A stretch of DNA of 64,000 nucleotides from Podarcis filfolensis (lineage: Eukaryota): NCBI GenBank assembly GCA_964270895.1, contig OZ185443.1. One strand, written 5' to 3'. Below the pieces are notes generated by a model, which worked only from the letters and a program-made list of their open reading frames with translations, had not been told where the DNA came from and did no database searches. The translations under genes were made by a program, and so were the position numbers. Shown in pieces: positions 61,442 to 64,000 of this stretch (position 1 is the first letter of the stretch; every line of letters starts with the position of its first letter).

Positions 61442-61777
61442 GGGACGTGGGTGGTGTCTAGTCTAAACCACTGAGCCTCTTGGGCTTGCCGATCAGAAGG
61501 CTGGCAGTTCGAATCTGCACAACGGGGTGAGCTCCCGTTACTCTGTCCCAGCTTCTGCCAACCTAGCAGTTTGAAAGCACACCAGTGCAACTAGATAAAG
61601 GTAAACAACATTTCTGTGCTCGCTGCCTTCCGTCACAGTGCTCTATAGCGGCAGAAGTGGTTTAATCATGCTGGCCACATGACCTGGAAATCTGTCTGTG
61701 GAGAAATGCCAGTTCCCTTGGCCTGAAGCAAGATGAGCACCACACCCCACTGCCTTTGACTGGACTTAACCGTCCAG
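61442..61777 (+). mobile_element. Sauria SINE (Squam1), 3' tail missing
   Basis: Colinear with 21806-22180, with a short internal deletion (gataaa|ggtaaac). Ends at aaccgtccag without the cctttt tail. Confidence 0.9.
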
Positions 61778-64000
61778 TTGTGGGAGCCACACAAGCTGCC
61801 CTGCATAGCCTAACCTACCTTGCTTTCTTCAAGTGTGGTAGAAGACACAGTGCTATCAACCGTGCTTGGCTTTTATACCTGGATGTGGGAGGTGCTATGT
61901 TATCCCTTGCCTCCAACAGCAAAATGCCTTTTGGGCCTGGGGAAGAGTTATAATTGCTAGATGTCCAGTAGAGTCCCATCATTGTGCAAAGGTCTCCCTC
62001 TTGCAAGAAAATAAATGGCCTTTGTCTTTCAGAACACAGCTTTCACAGCCTCGAATGAACTGTCTTCATGCTGAAGGTTGAGAATGAGGATTTGTTCTTT
62101 TGTCCTTCCTTCCTAAAGCTTCTGTTTAACAAAATGCTGTATTCTGAAGGCTGTGAGCCAGTATATGAGCTCTAAGTCTGGGAAGATGAGAGAGAGAGAT
62201 ACAATCAAAATTGCAGTATTGGTAAATCGAAGACTGGAAGGGAGACAAACCCAAGTGGGCGGCATCTTTCCAGTCTTGCACAGCACACAAAGCTCCCTTT
62301 TCTAGCTTGAAGGCCAGGAAGGAGTTGCCTTTATGCTGTGACTTTTTCTGTCTTTCTCTTACATAGCTGCAGTTCTCTCTTGAGCAGGGCTGCCTGAAGA
62401 GTTTGTGTGGCTTGTCATTAGGCTGAAGAATCTAGAACAGCAATCACAGCAGTTGCTCGAAGCCCCCTCCCTGTCTCATGGGTGGTTTTAGAGTGGCACG
62501 ACCAGTGCAGTCACATTGGGTGCTGTGCTGTAGGGGGATGGCAAACCAATGCTTTAGAACAGAGTGCGAGAGGCAGGGGGTGTCAAATTTTAGTCTCACA
62601 GGACGCTGCTCAAATTTGAATGCCCCAAGCCCACCACTGCCTGTCTTCGGGATGTTGTGGGGGGGTGGAAAAGTTGCTGGTTTTGACAGCAACTCCATGT
62701 TTCTCATCACATCTAGTTCTGCCCTGATTAGATGCATTCGGAAGGTATTCATAATGGCTGTGGGTGCAGTCTTGTTTTCTTCTACTCAATGTCAACAGAA
62801 ATTTTGACATTTACTTTGCTGTGGATGTGGTTTTCACCTCATATCTATGACATTTCAGTGTGGTAAAGCTTACTGTGAGGATTTCCCAGAGTTTATATCC
62901 AGTTTCTAAATCCTTGAGCTGTCTTGGACTAATCTTTCCCTCTAAAGTTACACCTTATCACGAAATCCATGGGCTTCAGCTTTATTAAGGCATCAAAAAT
63001 GATTACACTGCTCTTTTTCCTTCACCTCCTTAAGAAATCTGCTCAATTTTGTTTGTTTCGGGTTCTGTTTTGTTTTTATCCACAGTGCCTTTTCCTGCAG
63101 CTCAAGAGGGAGCAGGTTAAAAATTCAGGAATGTTTTCTCCTAACTGCTTAAATTGGGCTCTAATATTCTTGCTGAGTTTGCAAATTAAGATATAAGATC
63201 AGGGCTGGCAGAGATTGTCATATTGTCTCCTCTAATTTGGAAAAGTAGACGTAGGCTCAGGAGAAGCCCATAAAAAAAGACTTTATTACTTTCTACAAGG
63301 CTGACAGAGAAACCAGTGCCCCAGTCCCTTCTCCCAGCCTCTTGCAATTACATTTCCGCAGGAACAAAAGGGAAGGAATTAGAAACAGGATAATGTAGCT
63401 TTAAATCACTTCTCAAGGCTTTGGCCTTCTAGGGGGAGCCTCAGTGTAGGATCCCCCGCCCCTTTTCTTTTAAAAAACCCCCCACAAAAACCCACCTTTC
63501 CTATATTGTTCAGTGTGACACAACAAAAAGCACAACTTGTTTGACCCTTCCTCAATAAAAAATAAATAATTTTGTTCTGACATCCTATAAAAGCTGTACA
63601 TGAGCCCACTAAGCCCGGGTGTCTCCTCCAGTTGACATGGGGAAGCTTTGCATAGCTATGGAGTAAAGATCCTTGCACAGATTGAGCTAGAAGGTGATCC
63701 AGATAAAAATAAATAAATCCTGAGCCGCATGCTGCTTGAAAGCAGAGTCATATTTTCAGGACATGAGATTATGTCATCACTAATCTCTGTGTAAAGATTC
63801 CGAATTGCATTTGGGGGGAGAGTGAAGTTCTTTGAGCATTATGCAGCAATATATAACTTTCCTTGTGAACTCATGAGAACACAATGTTATTGTCTACTCA
63901 CTCGCAGTCTGAGATACATATCAGGGCCAGCACTTTTCTTCTTCTTTTCTTTTCTTTTTTTCTATTCTCCATTCTCTTTTAGGATTTATCACATATGTTT

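Noticed and set aside
1-64000. CRISPR arrays, prokaryotic systems, NUMTs, endogenous viral elements, intact transposase or LTR element
   Set aside because: I saw no regularly spaced repeat-spacer array and no recognisable mitochondrial, viral or transposase ORF. Highly diverged remnants cannot be excluded without TBLASTN/HMM searches.

Overview
Vertebrate genomic DNA, AT-rich, with no CpG island. The repeat content (Sauria SINE, Squam3-type SINE, lizard L2/CR1 LINE fragments, pogo/Tigger-type and hAT MITEs) points to a squamate, probably a lacertid lizard; this is inferred from recalled repeat families, not from a database search. I found no protein-coding gene, tRNA, rRNA, miRNA or CRISPR array that I can support. 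The ORF-track entries are short, and the only ones with recognisable protein motifs are decayed L2 reverse-transcriptase ORF2 fragments. The window reads like part of a large intron or gene desert. It consists of scattered and often nested transposon remnants, microsatellites, and several repeat-free, CpG-retaining blocks that may be conserved enhancers. The best-supported observations are structural: nested insertions with readable target-site duplications (TSDs), two hAT MITEs sharing one TSD, a fold-back inversion inside a Tigger-type MITE that interrupts a CR1, and recurrent CA/TG palindromes. A few candidate cassette exons or microexons are reported at low confidence. I did not find a convincing novel biological system.
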